A stretch of 55,319 bases of DNA, counting the filler, from Platydemus manokwari (lineage: Eukaryota): assembly GCA_037951405.1 (NCBI GenBank). It is 6 parts of 6 records of this genome, joined end to end, with 100 filler letters (N's around TTAATTAATTAA, not from the genome) between each part and the next. Parts side by side here need not be neighbours in the genome. Positions count along the whole stretch, not along the records: positions 1 to 8,937 come from JBBMOY011326317.1; positions 9,038 to 17,822 come from JBBMOY011350649.1; 4 more parts are not named here. One strand, written 5' to 3'. The notes below the pieces were generated by a model. The model was given only the letters and a program-made list of their open reading frames with translations, was not told where the DNA came from and did no database searches. Position numbers and translations under genes: made by a program. Numbering within the stretch: the first letter of the stretch is position 1; each line of letters starts with the position of its first letter. Shown piece after piece: positions 1-14,176 of the stretch.

Positions 1-500
1 TGTACAAGATTTTCTTTAATAAACACTCAATTGTTCTAAAAAAATTCCGGTTTTTAAGTTATAGACCCAATATAAAAAATAATAACTTGGGCTCTACTAA
101 AAATTTGGCAAATAATGTGATTCGGGAATCGGGACCTCGAGTATTTAATAATTGTGGATTGTTTGAGTTTATGTTACGCTTACATTGATCATAAAGATGT
201 TCAGTAACACTCTAAATTTGCGGAGTCGATGTTATCGGAAAAGCTAATTCGAAGTCAAAGCAATTCCAGCCTTTCTTGACGGAAGTATTATTGAAAATTT
301 GAATCAAATAACTTATTTTTCTTCAGCATTATCCAAGGTAAAATAAAGCTTCGTTGTTAACCCATTACTAAATTGCCTATATTTCATATAAACAACAACT
401 CTTAAGAACGATTCATCTTCAATATTAAGAACTGGATCAAGAAATCTTTCATTGAAGTTTAAGTGCGACGATATACAATTAAGGATTTTTATTTTGCATT

Positions 501-1266
501 TGTGTATTCTTGCGATATATTTCTATATTTCTTATTTTGGTCTTTATTTAGTTGATTTAGTGATTTATTTGATTCAATAGATTTATTTGACTTATTAAAG
601 CAATCGATAATTGGTTAAAGAATCATTTCATTCACATTATTGAAGTTGTTCGCACGGTTGTCACAGAGCCGGATCAACATCAACAATATCTGAACAGCCC
701 TCAATGTCTTCAGTGATATCATGTTATCAATTCCTGTCTTCAGCCTACCTGAAAGTAAGACCCAAACCCCACAAATCCCAGTCTCAATCTTTTTAATCAA
801 AGTCTGTAAAGATTCAGGTGGAAGATGGATATCGATGATGACAATTAGTGATATTTTTATTTGACTCTTTTGTGATTCTATTTTAACCCTTTGTACCATA
901 AGACTCTTTACATGAAATGAATATGATTTATTTGTGAATATTTTGATTATTCACGTAAAAAATTCATAGTACACATAGAAATCATATAAATAAGGGGACA
1001 TTTCAATGTAGGAGAAACCGCTAGGAAGAACTCAATCACTCTGAAATTCTATCAAGATCTACTATCACCTGTTTAATACCTTACGAGTTTGAAGATCATT
1101 GTCATTTTAAAAATTGAGAGATTTACAGTAATGTTTTGATCAAGACCACTTTATAAATATCAATATCAAATATTTTTAATATGATCATTTGAAAATATTT
1201 TTTATTTTATTATTTTGATCTTATCTAAATCTGAATTATTTATAGTATTCTTAAATAAATATCACA
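501..1266 (-). repeat. Probable 3' LTR of the Gypsy element
   Basis: On the minus strand it begins TGTG directly after a purine-rich tract and can end at ...ATACACA (501), giving TGTG...CACA termini with AATAAA signals near that end. The left boundary is uncertain; an alternative end is ...CCTACA at 1007. Confidence 0.45.
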
Positions 1267-1279
1267 TCCATCCTTTTTT
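1267..1279 (-). other. Polypurine tract (PPT) of the Gypsy element
   Basis: Minus-strand AAAAAAGGATGGA lies just downstream of the integrase region and immediately before TGTG. Confidence 0.6.
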
Positions 1280-4200
1280 AAAATCTTTGATTTTTTCAAT
1301 ATTTCTTGTTATTACCTTTTCCATTTTGCAATAGGTAGCTTCTTTCATGATTCTTTCCAATCACTTCGAATGAGCCTTCATATCTTTCCTGATCTATATT
1401 TCTCAACTCTTTCTCTATTAGTACCTCACCTCCTTCTTTGAATTTAAGTTTAGTTGTTGTTTTTCTTCCATGTTCTTCTTTAACTCATTTCTATCTATTC
1501 TATTATTTGCTTACCACTGTAATCTGTCTGTCTTTTTGTGTTGTACTGACCTCGATAGTTTTTTCTATTGTCATATTCAACGTGTATTCTATTTCTGGTA
1601 ATATTGAATCTCAGTTCTTATTTTGTCTTTCTTTTATAGTCTTGTTTATGTAATCCCTAATCGTTCGAAATTGCTGTTCAATGATTCCATTAGCGCTGTG
1701 ATGATGAGGTCTCGAGAATATCAACTCCCTTTCCATTTTGAAAGACATATCGTTTTTTCTCTGTGATTCGAAACATTTCCCACTATCTACTTCTATTTCC
1801 TTGAGTGCTCCGTATTTCAATACCCATTAATCCTGGATCACCCTTTCTACTGTCTCCTCGTTTTTTTATTTATGGGTGTCATTATTATATATCTACTGAA
1901 CTGGTCAATTATCACAAGTATATATATTCTCCTCTAATCGTTTCTTTCCACAGTTCATAAATGTCGATATATATTTTCTCGAACGGCTCTCTCGCTTGCA
2001 ATGACTTTGGTTCTTCCTTCGTTTTTGTTGTTGTCACTTTAGCTTTTTGGCATGCTTCACACCGACTTATAACTTCTTTGATTTTCTTTACCATGTGTGA
2101 CATATCGAAATTATTTTTTATATATTGTGTGACTTTTTCCATTCCTGCGTGACTTAGCAACTTGTGTGTGTTCTATAATTTCTCTTTTTTTCACTGCTGG
2201 TATCCATTTTGTTTAATTCATTTTTTATTTTGTTTCCATTGAGCATGAAATTACTACTTCACGTTCGGCTCATTCCTCTTTTTATCATTTCTTTCTCATC
2301 ACTGTTGATCTGCCATTCTTTTCTTTTGTTCTTTGTTATTGTTGTTAATATCCTGGTTTTCATTTTTTCCTTGCTTTGGTTCTCAATTTTCGTTAAACAT
2401 TGGGAACATGTCGTAGAGTAATTCTTGACAGCATACCTGCATTTCCATGATTAGCTTCTTTTCTGAAGATCATATTTATATCCAGACTACTTAGATAATT
2501 TAAACATGTTTAAGATAGTGAGGTTATGAGATTCTTTGTCTTCAGCATGAATGTGATTGCTTTATGATCAGTTCTTAGTGTGAATCTTTTCCCGTACAAA
2601 TAGTGATTGAAAAGCTGACAGAAGTAATATATGGCTAGCAATTCTTTCTTGGTGATACAATAGCCTTTCTCATGTTTGCTCATTGCGTGAGGTCCGTACG
2701 CAATGACTCGTTTATTTTCTTGGTTATCTCTTTGCTATAATAATGCTCCTATTGTGTCGAAACTTGCATCGGTAACTAGTATGAACTCCTTATTATAATC
2801 AGGGAATGACAATATCGGTGCTTCTGTCTGAGCTTTTTTCATGTCTTCGATGCTGCGTTGCATGCTTCATTCCATATGAGTTTTTCATTGCTTTTATCAG
2901 ACAATTCTTTCTGTGTCTTGATTTTTTCTAGTATTCTTTTATAAATTTCCTCTAATATCCGCTATTTTAAAGAAAGTTTCGTAGATTCTTTATACATTTT
3001 AATCTTTGAAATTTATGATATGATCCAGAAACTTAATTTCTTTTCTCATTATTTTAAATTTTTCTGGATTAATGCTTAGTCTTGCATTTCCTATTCTTTT
3101 TATTGCTTTTTGCAGTATTTCGTAGTGTTCTTCTATCGTTATTGAGAATATTAATGTGTTTTCGAGATAAACCATGACTCTTTTTTATATCTCATAGTAT
3201 TTTTGTCATAAATTCTTGAAATGTTCCTAGTGTAGCTGGGATACCAAACGGCATCCCTGCAAAACAATATTGCCCATCTTTCGTCGAGAATTCCATTTTT
3301 TCTTGTGATTCTTTGTCAAGCTCTATCTGATAATATGCATTTCCCAAGTCTATCGACATGAAATACTTAGAGTCGTGTAGGGTGTCTAATAGTTCTTCTA
3401 TATTTGGCATGAGAAACGCTTGTCTCCCCGTTATTAAGTTTATTTTTCAAAAATCAAGGCATAATCTTATACCCTTTTTATCTTTTTTTCATATACATAC
3501 AAGTGACTTATTCCACGGTGAATCGCATCTTTTTATAATCTTATTTTTTCTTAAATTCTTGATTGGCTCCTATTTTCCTTCCAAATTTGCTGGTTGTCTC
3601 AGTGGTTTCATATTTATGGGACTCCCATTTGTTACAATCCTATGTTTTACTAAGTTTGTACAACCAATATCTCAATGATCTGTCATGAATACGTTATTAT
3701 TCGTTTTTAATAATTCCCATTAACGGTATTCTTTTTTCACCCTAAGACATTATTTTGTTTTCTTTAATCTATATTTATCTACCAAATCTTTATCTCCCAC
3801 TGGAAGTGTTTAGTTCTGTTTCTTTGTGTAGAGAGTTCCTTTTCGATTGTAACTCCAATACAAATTCTTCTTGAAACTTTATTCCATTCATAATCACTGG
3901 TTCTATGTGCTCAACTATTATGGATGATATCGTATTGGACTGGCTTCTTAACTTGACTTTTATTCTTATTCTATCAACAACCTCTAATTTACTGTCGTTG
4001 GCATATCGTTGGCACACATGAGCTTTCACTTGTATATTCGAATTTTACTTGTTCGAGTGTCTTTAATATCGTTTTATCCATGACAATTACTCTTGCTCCA
4101 GTATCTAACAAGCATTGATACCCTTAATTCTCTGTTTTTAAAGTTGTGCTAGATCCCCCTTGCATTTTATCATAAGAAATCTTGGGAAGCTTTAATTCAT

Positions 4201-6868
4201 TGATTGGTAATATTCTTACTTCTTTCTCGACTCCCTCTGTTCCTTTTCTACATCGTCAATTATCTCCTTCTTTATAAATTTTACAATTTTCCATTGTACT
4301 CTTTTCCTTATTCTATGTCATTGTTGTTACTTGTTACAACTTTTTTTCTACTTTCTGACCTTTTATGTTTTGGACACTGCCTTGTTTGTTTTTTTAGTTT
4401 TTATTTTGTTAATTTTATGTAAATTACTTTTATTATAAATATTAATGTGGCTACTTATTTTGCTCACACTTCGATTTACTGTTTAAAGTATTACCCCGAC
4501 TCACTCTCTTTTGGATGTTCTTCGTTGAATTCTGAATCCGATTCTTGTTCGACTGCAGATACTTGTCTATTATTTCGGTTTACCATTCCGTAATTTTGTC
4601 CGTTGAAACTCTGTCTGTTTTCATTTATTGAACCTCTTCTTATGGTACTCTGTCTCTGATCAATCCTTCTCTAATTCTTCTGTCTTTTTTATATCTTCTC
4701 TAGATATTTTCCACATCTTCCTCTGTCTTTTCCATAATTTACAGTCATTGATCTTCTCAGAATCGAATCCAGATGCATGGTCACCACGAAAGCCGCTACT
4801 ATTTATATGAAACACACATCGAAAACAAACTGAAAAGTCACGTCATCGAAACGTGTATTTAAAAACACAACTATTTGAAAAAATGAATGTAATTTTATAT
4901 TCAATTAAATTTACAAAAATTTTATTCCATTTTATAATTCTCACATAAAACAATGAATGAGAATGATGCCATCATTTTGAAACGGAATCACAAATTAACA
5001 TTTACCCAACAACATCATCCATTAACAAGAAATATACATAAATTGGTATCAGATTAGCATTTTTCTGGATGAAATTCTTCTATATATTTTTCTGGAATCT
5101 TATTGGATTAATGTTATAATCTCGTGCAGACTCAACATTTGTTGAATATAATGGACTCATGTGTCTACTATTATAATCATTATGATGTTAGGTTTATAAA
5201 AATCTCTAATTAACCGTTTTTATATCTGATGAAAATAAAGAAATTATTAACAGAAATAATTTTTTGAGAAAATTTTAATTAGTGAAGTTTCTAATGCATG
5301 CTAATGAAGGTTGACTTGCATTATTAATTTGAGAATAATTATTCCATTTAGAGAATAGAGATAGAGAGAGAATATTTCACATTGACATTTCAGTAATTTT
5401 GTTTAATCATGGTTGATTAAAGATAAAATGTTTTCGTCCACGTCGTTCTGGAGTTGGGCGAAAAAAATAATTAATTCTCTAGCTCGACAAAACAAATTTT
5501 TTTTTGTCGAAATTCCACAATTTTTGCTTCATGATTTTTAAAATTATATTTTTATACTACTTATAGACCCGTGGAAATTTTATCTTTTATACGATCTATG
5601 TTTGATATGCATCCAAGGATAGTATGTTAGGAGTTAGATTCATGTTTTGAATGAGATGTCGTTGAAGAATAAAATTTAAAACACCTCGTCGTCTTAAAAT
5701 CGTTAGCATATTAAATTGCCGTCAATTTATTAAGATAGTCAAAGCTGTTTATTTAATGACAAATTATTATTAAATTGACCAAGATTGCTTTTATATTTTA
5801 ACACATATTTTATCGTTAAAAATACCAAATCATGTGCAGTTATTAAATTATCATATTTGATCAATGAATTTCTTAAGGAAAACTTTTTGAAAACTGGAAT
5901 CAAATCAACATCTTCTATTAATTAAATTCAATAAAATAAGTTGTTGTATCCCTGGCCGTAAAAAATGAAAAGACAGCAAGGATATACAAGCATATTCTAC
6001 TGAAACAAAACCATGTTAAAATAATATTACTTATAAATTGAAAGTAGTATTAATAGAATTTTCAACTATCAACTTTCTGTTTAGAATAAGAATCACTGGA
6101 ATAACGTTTGTGATGTGTGGCGGTGGTGTTGAATTGTTTTAGAAAATGTTCCATTATCAATTGTACTCATTGATTTTTATAGAATTACCAAAGGAAAGTC
6201 TATAGTTGTGTTAGCATTTGTTAATAATTATCTTTCATGGTCTTTTGCCAATTATTTCGCATTCACTATTGTTCTCACAATAGCGAGACATTGATTAAAT
6301 ATTTAATTACAATTATTAAATTAATAATTAAACAATTTAAAAAATCGATAAAAATGTGTTATCTATGAAGAAATAATGATAATTTTCAAAATAAAACAAT
6401 CATTGATTCGAGATTGATTACTCGATTGATGATCATCAAACCCGATTGAGTATCAATCTTAAGTTTTATTTAGGAAGTTGATTTATGATTTCTAGTGTCA
6501 TCATGCAAGTTATGGAATCAAGCTGCTTGAGTACCATCGAATTTCATTGAAAACCACATTGGGATAGATATGTGACATTCTTATCAATTTGATTTTCCCA
6601 TCAATTAAATAATAATTATGGATAAATTGATATTGTAAAACATAAGAAAATATTATGTTGTATAAAAATATATTATCACAAGCTCAAAACACATAAAAGT
6701 TTTTTTTAAATATCCAATATTCCCACTTTAAAAGGTGTTGAATTACTTGTAATGCTGTTTTGGATGGGGATTTTGTTGTTTATAAAAGCCCATCATTTCA
6801 CGAATCAAATATATCATCATTTTGAAAGATTGTTTCAGATTATGTCTCTTCCTCTCTAATTGTAAATA

Positions 6869-7388
6869 CCTGGTGGACCAGAAGTTAGGGGGCAATACCA
6901 AAAATGCTGGCTTAAGTATCTGTTCAGTTTATTTAAGGTATTATATCTATGCACAACATTGTATTGGATTAAAAGCGATACTTTTATTGTCCACCATTTA
7001 CTTCGATATACTTCAAAACTCTGTTCTTCATCGATGAACACATTTTGTGACAAAGCTCTGGAGTAATTGAATGAAGAGCGTTGGTTATTCTTTCTTTCAA
7101 TTATTCCAATGAACGTAATGTAGAACAGTAAACAGCTTCCTTTATAACTCCCTAGAGGAAGAAGTCAGACGGAGTATGGTCGGGGAATCTAGGGGCCACT
7201 TGAGTCCTCTCCATCGGCCTATCCAACGACTACCAAAAGTATGGATCAACCACTTACGAACCATATGTCCATAATATGCTAGATATAAATATTGTTAATC
7301 TCAGCACTTGTTTGATGTGTAGATGAGTGAGTAGATGAGTGATTGAATAATGTATGTATCACTGGCCCCAAACTTCTGGTCCACCCTG
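6869..7388. mobile_element. Non-autonomous Tc1/mariner-type element (MITE, 520 bp)
   Basis: Terminal inverted repeats: left CCTGGTGGACCAGAAGTTAGGGGGCA versus reverse complement of right CAGGGTGGACCAGAAGTTTGGGGCCA. TA flanks both ends (6867-6868, 7389-7390). No transposase inside. Confidence 0.85.
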
Positions 7389-7513
7389 TATATCAAATTT
7401 TTTGACACCTTATTGAAGGAAATGACGAACCCCAGTCATCATGATAATCACATTGAAATTCAAAATATGAAACTTTGGTAAGAACTTGTTCCGCTATGAA
7501 AATAATCATCTGC

Positions 7514-8880
7514 TCATTTCATTAATTTTGAGTTGAATGAATTTCGAAAATATAAGCGCATGAGATGATTTGTTTTGCATTTGTAAGTAGTAATGTTTTG
7601 TGAGATTCTATAATCATCCAAATAATCGATCGACCAACAACTTAACTGGTTATCCCTGATAATGAATGTTGAAATTGCAATATTATTTAAGGATTCCCGT
7701 GGTAAACAATGCAGGACACTGAACGACAAATATTAATGTCAATAGGAAAGTTTTTGAAATCGTTAAATCTAATGGGAATATTTTGAACAAGAACCAAAAG
7801 TGATATAAATGTTATAATTAATAATAAATTATTACCATAACTAATATCGATATTCAAACGGCCCAGTTGTGAACTGATGGAATAATTTGAAAAAACCGAG
7901 AAATATATAAAATATCTGATTAGTGAATCTGAATTCCAGATGAGATTTTCCATCATTATTGGAACAATCGTTTGTGTGAAATATTAGAAAAATTTAATTT
8001 TCATTTCTCTCTGAAATTCCAGAATTATCTTGTTGTAAAAGATCGATTTATAATTGGTTTATAGATTATGATAAATATAGAAATGGAAATCAATGATGTG
8101 ATTCAGAAATGTGAACAGATTGGGAATGAGTTCTCGCTTAAAACAAAAAAATCAAAACTAACAAAAATTTTTAAATAAAATTTCGATGTCAGTTTTTAAT
8201 GTTTTCTATAATCGATAAAAATAAAAACATTTTTGAGGTCTCAACTGATATTTGTACCCCCTTAATATATCTGGTTGAATTTGGATTTCCAGGCTTCAGA
8301 AACGCCTTATTGTTCTAAACATAATTGATTGAATAAATTTAAGTAATGGATTAAAAAATTCTGGAAATAACACTCCATCCAGTTGGACATAAACTTCTAA
8401 CGTGGATCTTTATTTTGATCATATCATGTTTTGTTCTAAAACTGCTTGAAGACCAGGAGATATTCTTTCGTAAATTAGTTTCTGGTATTGTTGAACCACA
8501 TTGTTACATTTGATAAGCATGTGGTCACTCCTGGTGGAAAAAATCAAAGTTGAAGTTTAATTGTGGGTTGGAAGATTCACAGAATCCGATACCGATCTGC
8601 CTATTTCTACCAAGACAACGATAAATAAAATATGTACCATTTGATTGTTTCGAGATTTGAGGCGTAATTTATTTATTTTTTATCTGATTCGCTTAAAATC
8701 TTTTATAGGATTTTGGAAAATTTTATCGGAGTAATTTCTAAATATCGATTAATGGTTCGGCTCTTTATTTTCAAAACAATTATTCCGACTTATTATGAAA
8801 TTCAATATTTTCAATACTTAATTAGTTCCGAATGAATAAAACTTCTCAATGTGATAGATAATCCTCCAATTATTCTCCCT
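7514..8880 (-). pseudogene. Decayed coding sequence, possibly an LRR-type surface protein
   Basis: Broken minus-strand frames with coding-like text. LPRESLNNIAISTFIIRDNQLSC resembles a terminal LRR leading into an LRR-CT. Many stops and frameshifts; the family call is weak. Confidence 0.2.
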
Positions 8881-8937
8881 TCCTAATCAATATCTACTGA
8901 AATATGATTCATTAAATAAACGTAAATGGCCGCTATT

Positions 8938-9037
8938 NNNNNNNNNNNNNNNNNNNNNNNNNNNNNNNNNNNNNNNNNNNNTTAATTAATTAANNNNNNN
9001 NNNNNNNNNNNNNNNNNNNNNNNNNNNNNNNNNNNNN
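8938..9037. other. Artificial contig linker
   Basis: N44-TTAATTAATTAA-N44, exactly 100 bp; the 12-mer is palindromic with stops in all six frames. Confidence 0.95.
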
Positions 9038-12000
9038 GAATTTCATTAAATAAATATTTTAAAAAATGTTTTTGTTTTTAAAAAAAAGCCGGAATCATAC
9101 TAATACACCTAATAAAAATCCATTAAATTCCTTAAACAATGAATTTATTTTCATAAAATTATAACATGTAAAACACATTATCACGTAATAACATTGATAA
9201 ATGAATTCCCACCTATTATCGCGCACAATAAATACAATCACTGAAGAGAATTTCTCTCTCCGATAAATAAATTCCACCTAGAAAATAAAAAAATTCACTA
9301 GCATTAAAGCATTGCTCATTATCATTGGTTTCATCATACTTAGCAATTTAAATAGATTGCATTTATTGATATTGATAGTTATATCACTATTGCCACACCT
9401 ATTGATTCCCTAAAATAAGATTGTACAAGATGAAGATTGAACAAAACAAGCTAGATTACATCCGCGCTCTTAATCAAGACCTCATAGAGACTGATAAAGA
9501 CAATAGTTATAGCAGATAGAAATAAGCTTAATAAAACAATAAAATCAATAAAGCCCAAAGGTAATACTTATCAATACCTCTATTATTGTCTCAACTGTAT
9601 CTTTTATTTTTTACCAGTCACTTTCTTTACTAACTTTAATTACACATTATTTACCAAAAAAGTAATGAATGGCAATGAATGTATTAACTATGAAATTAGA
9701 AATCCTAATGCCTAACTGCAGATTTGAAAACAAAATGTTTATTGCAAATGACATATACACAAATCTACTACTTTTATACAATGATTTTAATACTACTTTA
9801 TACACTTAAATATTGGTAATATAAATGGACATTTCAGGGTAGCGGATCATGGACCAACAAGTCCTTTTTTTTGATATTGCGAAAGTGTCTTTCACAAAAA
9901 AAATTTTGGCTTCCCTAGACAAATAGGAAAAATATGACGATATAAATATTTTATATATTATTTTACAAAATGTATCTTACTTCACTTCTGATTGTCGGGG
10001 ATTATAATATTTCTATTCTCTTCTGTGGAATTACAGGGCATATAAATCTACTTGGCTTGAAGAATTGACTCGGCTTGGCAAAATATAAATGAATGTTTTA
10101 TCTTCCGGAATAAAGTTACCGTCACTTTACTAGTGGTTTCCGGACAAAAGCATTTGATTGTTACTGCCTTACATACGATATTGAAATCCTAAAATAATTA
10201 TAATTATTACTAACTAAAATTATTTTCATAATTATATTGTAATTTTAGGATTTCAGAATTATTGCAAATTGAAGAATAAAGATAAATAACATAGAATTAA
10301 TATTTTAATATTTACAATTCTCATTTTTTAAATTCAACCATAAAAATTAACTACTTTCATACATCGGCAATCAGATATTTTACTACTTCTATACATTGAT
10401 AGTCAATGAAAATTTCATGCAATTGTCAATTTTTCGAGAACTCCAACATAATTAAGGATGTTCTTTTTTAAATGACCCTATAATAATTGTATTTTTTAAT
10501 GACCTTATAAATTTATTTTAGGATGTGCTTCCAAGTACTGGTTTCATTATCTGGTGTAATATTTATAATGTTTTTATTGACAATTTGACATTTTTTATCG
10601 CTCATTTGTAGTGTTTTTGTTTATATGCATTTAAATGTGGCCTGTTATAATTGTCTTTTGTTTAAAAATATGACGTCTTATTGATACAAAATATCCTAGA
10701 AAACAAAAACAAAATTATTTTTTCAGAATGTGGCTCAAGTACTGGTTTTCTGACTATTTAGACTCATACACGACTATACAGGTACAGTAGCTAACTAATC
10801 AGAGATAACATAAATTGAAGATTTTAATTAAGTTAAAGGACATAACTACATGGCAACACAAACATAATGATTGACAAATTCCGATCATAGAAAATCTATA
10901 GACTTTATTGAAATAAAAGAAATAGAACATCAAATTAAATTCTCACACATGAACATACACAAAAGGTTCAGATATAAATAATCCCATTCAAAAACCGAAA
11001 AATGTTGACTTTTAATTGTGTTAAGACTTGTCGTTGGCTGATAGATATTGTTTTTTATTATTATTTAATTCAAATATCTATAGTTACTTGTGTGAACGAG
11101 AATGCTGAATAACACGATTTTCTTTGAGAATACAATTTGCAACCGTCACTCATTTTAACAAACTCAATAATTGGAAGCACCAGCCTGAAAATGCCACTTT
11201 CTCAATCAGAAACTCAACAGTTTTTTATTATCCCCTATTTTGGAAGTAGAGAAACGTTTTAAGATTAGTAATCCCATCTTTGGTAAACGAAGAATACTAA
11301 GATTATCAGCACTTTAGACCAAAAAAATAAGTTTGTGAATGACGTATTAAGGGATACTAAGAATAAACACAAAACTTAACATCAAAATGCAGTGACCGCA
11401 ACAAATGGTGCTTATTCTAATTTTTCAGATATTGATCTTTTTGATCCACACTTATGATATTATTTCTCTGATACTCTTTACTTTCATAACATTTATAAAT
11501 CTTCAATAATTTTATTACTAAATGGTTGAAAATCGCTGGACTACTGACACATGTATCGACATCTTATCGAAGTTAGAAATTTAGAATTTATTTGTTACTG
11601 AACTTTAATAATTTTGGTTGAAAAACTCTGAAATAGACTAAAATGATTAAAGATGGATGAACGTATAGCTTCAAAAATTCCTGATTAACTATGTGAATTA
11701 TTTAATTTCTGCAGTCCAGGTCATTTATATAGTGCATGGTAGTAAAAAATGTCGAACCGAAATTTGTGCACACATGGAAGCAGTAAAAGATGGTTACAAT
11801 AAATTGTATGTGGCAATATTGATTAAATATTGACGCACTGATTGAGATATCAAAAAATTTAGTAACTTGCAGTCAAAATTGAGCATATCCCGTTATATTT
11901 ACCAAGCCAAAGTAGCTCGCAAATCCGCCTTCATACAAAGATTAAAAGGTTTGTTTACATAAACAGTAATTGCAAGTGACAATGATTTTCATGACATCAG

Positions 12001-14136
12001 ATTGAAATTGTAAAGTACAAAAATCTTTTGATGCAAAACTATCCCATATTTTTTAAATTTTCAATAATTCTTAATTCAACATTGTGGAGCTTCTACTGCC
12101 ATTTTATTTATAATAATTTTTATTATAATTCTTGAGTGAGTTAAAATCATTTGCAAAAGAAAAACAGATTTGTACCGAGGGATCCTTATTTTAGAATTTT
12201 AAATGTTGTGTTTTGGGTTTGCTTGGTCAGTTTTATTATCAGTCTCTGTATTTTATAATTTATTGTGAATCAATGCTGACTTGACAAGCCTCTGTGAGCT
12301 CTGATCAAACCTTTAAGGTACACACTATGAAACCTTATTTTAAAATCTTCTTTCTTCACCTCGCTATCAATACTATATGGAGATAGTACGATATGCAGCA
12401 ATGATCCAGTCGCTATATTTTACAACGATCAGTCTCAAACACAATTTATTTTATACAATTTAATCACAATCAGTTTCAAGTTATTTAATAGTCCTATCCT
12501 ATATAATATCTAATCAACAACTTAACAACTTTCAGTTACAACTGTTAATTGCTAACACTTCGTCGCTTTTTAGGTTATATTCAAAACTCATAACTAAGTG
12601 CAAAAAATATATTTTCATACTAAATATTATTTAAACAAATATTCCTTCTTTTAAAAATTCCACTTAATACAAAAAAAATATTTTTAAACACATTTAAATT
12701 TTATAAATGATTTTTTAAAAGAATTTTGAGAGGTTACAGTAACGGTCTGAGCAATATAAATATTAAATATTTGTTAAAATAATTAAAAATATTCTTTGTT
12801 TTAAATTATTAAATTTAATTTAACAAATTAAATTTAAAATAATTCGATTTAAATTTTGAACCTCACAACAACAATGTTTATTAACTACGAAATATACAAC
12901 AAAATACAAATTATACACAAATGGTTTGGTTAAAACTACACTACACGGCAAATATAAAAATGACCTAGACAATGACACCTACAACTTTTGGAGAATAAGA
13001 ACTGTTGCAAACTTCAACTCGAGAAACCGAACCTTTACTCTTAAGAGTTTTTTGTGAGACACAGCTCTATATTATGACGATACAACGAAATACAATATAT
13101 ATAACATTGATTATGATTTTACAGTATCAATCTAACTCACTTGATCAAAATAATGGCAAAATCGAAGGGTATATAACACAAGGCTTCTATGGCGAATATG
13201 TATTCTTAGTTTCGAGTATTCTTCTTAATGTTGAATTTAACTTCACGTATTCTAGTGGTTTCACGATAAGGGCCGGGCGAGTTGTAATGATTTCAACTCT
13301 TATTTATATGTTTTTGAGAGTCGGCGCAGTTTAATTTCTCCGAATAAAATATTTGGATACATTTTTTGGAAAAAATCCCTCATCTTTAATTTATAAAATC
13401 CCTTTAATCTTTCCGCTATTATATCCATTATCATTAAACTAATCGTTTATATAAAATATACTTTATTTTATATAAATACCGTAATACATTATTACGCAAT
13501 AATTTATATTTTTTCCTTTCAGAAATGTAGGCTTTTAAAATTATCGTTACATAAATTGTTACATAAAAATATATCGCTACAATGCGATGAAAATAAACTT
13601 AACAATATCGCTACAGTGCGATAAAAATAAAATAAAATAAAGTAGTTGCTTCATGCAATAGCAACTAAATGTTCCGATTTTTAGTATTATCATAAGAATT
13701 TATTAAACTTTAGACGTCGATAAACTTTACATTTTCTAATAGATAAAAATCGTTACAAAACTAATTAATTTTTAATACAACCAAATTATAAAATACCATA
13801 ATATACACCAAATATTTCATACATTCTACTTTTATACACTGAATATTGTCACTATTATACACGATATTGTTATAGTTATTTAGTCAGAACCCCAACATAA
13901 ACATTTATATACGTACACAGCCACACAGCCTGGCAATCAACCAGTTACAATGGAATTAGATAGTAAGCGAAAAGTCGAAAAGGCGACATGGAAACATAAC
14001 AACATACACATTGACTAATCCCACACATTGAAAAACCAATATGCATAATAGAAACATTAGAAAGTCAAGATCAACTCAAAACTTGTTACAAACATGACAG
14101 AAAAAATTACAAAGATCTCGTGTATAAATACTTATG

Positions 14137-14176
14137 CAAAGTTGGCCAACTGCCAGTTTGAGGCCAAGTTTTAGCT
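14137..14176. mobile_element. Remnant end of a hAT-like MITE, same family as 40196-40300
   Basis: CAAAGTTGGCCAACTGCCAGTTTGAGGCCAAGTTTTAG aligns with the reverse complement of 40262-40300 (CAGGGGTGGCCAACCGGTCGATCTTGAAGCCAATTTTAG). Confidence 0.45.

Larger units (their letters stand above)
501..4800 (-). mobile_element. Degenerate Ty3/Gypsy LTR retrotransposon (gag-PR-RT-RNase H-integrase), frameshifted and interrupted by stops
   Basis: Minus-strand motifs in Gypsy order: protease CLLDTGARV (DTG at 4097-4105); RT MPNIEELLDTLHDSKYFMSIDLGNAYYQI...MPFG (ORF 3192-3410) followed by a degenerate YLEN in place of YLDD; RNase H LVTDASFDTIGA (about 2750-2780) and YCITKKELLA...RTDHKA; integrase zinc finger SHAGMEK...CEACQKAK (1912-2160); integrase core DSGKCFES...RPHHHSANGIIE (1611-1820). 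No 5' LTR copy is visible beyond 4800. Confidence 0.92.

Noticed and set aside
80-490. Minus-strand coding-like text with KGWNCFDF, reminiscent of a TGF-beta prodomain
   Set aside because: In-frame stops and a single short motif; too little to support a call.
615-899. 94-aa ORF
   Set aside because: Lies inside the probable LTR and has no protein motif.
4783-4802. Possible primer-binding site (minus strand TAGTAGCGGCTTTCGTGG)
   Set aside because: It lacks the TGG start, has no convincing tRNA complement, and the adjacent 5' LTR is missing.
1438-4810. Hydrophobic plus-strand ORFs (1438, 1961, 2209, 3358, 4204, 4628)
   Set aside because: Antisense shadows of the A-rich Gypsy coding strand.
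8982-8993. TTAATTAATTAA recurring about every 9 kb as a biological periodic element or CRISPR-like repeat
   Set aside because: It always sits in the centre of a 100-bp N run, so it is an assembly linker.
10182-10255. 14-bp perfect inverted repeat TGAAATCCTAAAAT
   Set aside because: Short and AT-rich, with no target-site duplication or second copy; weak in this base composition.
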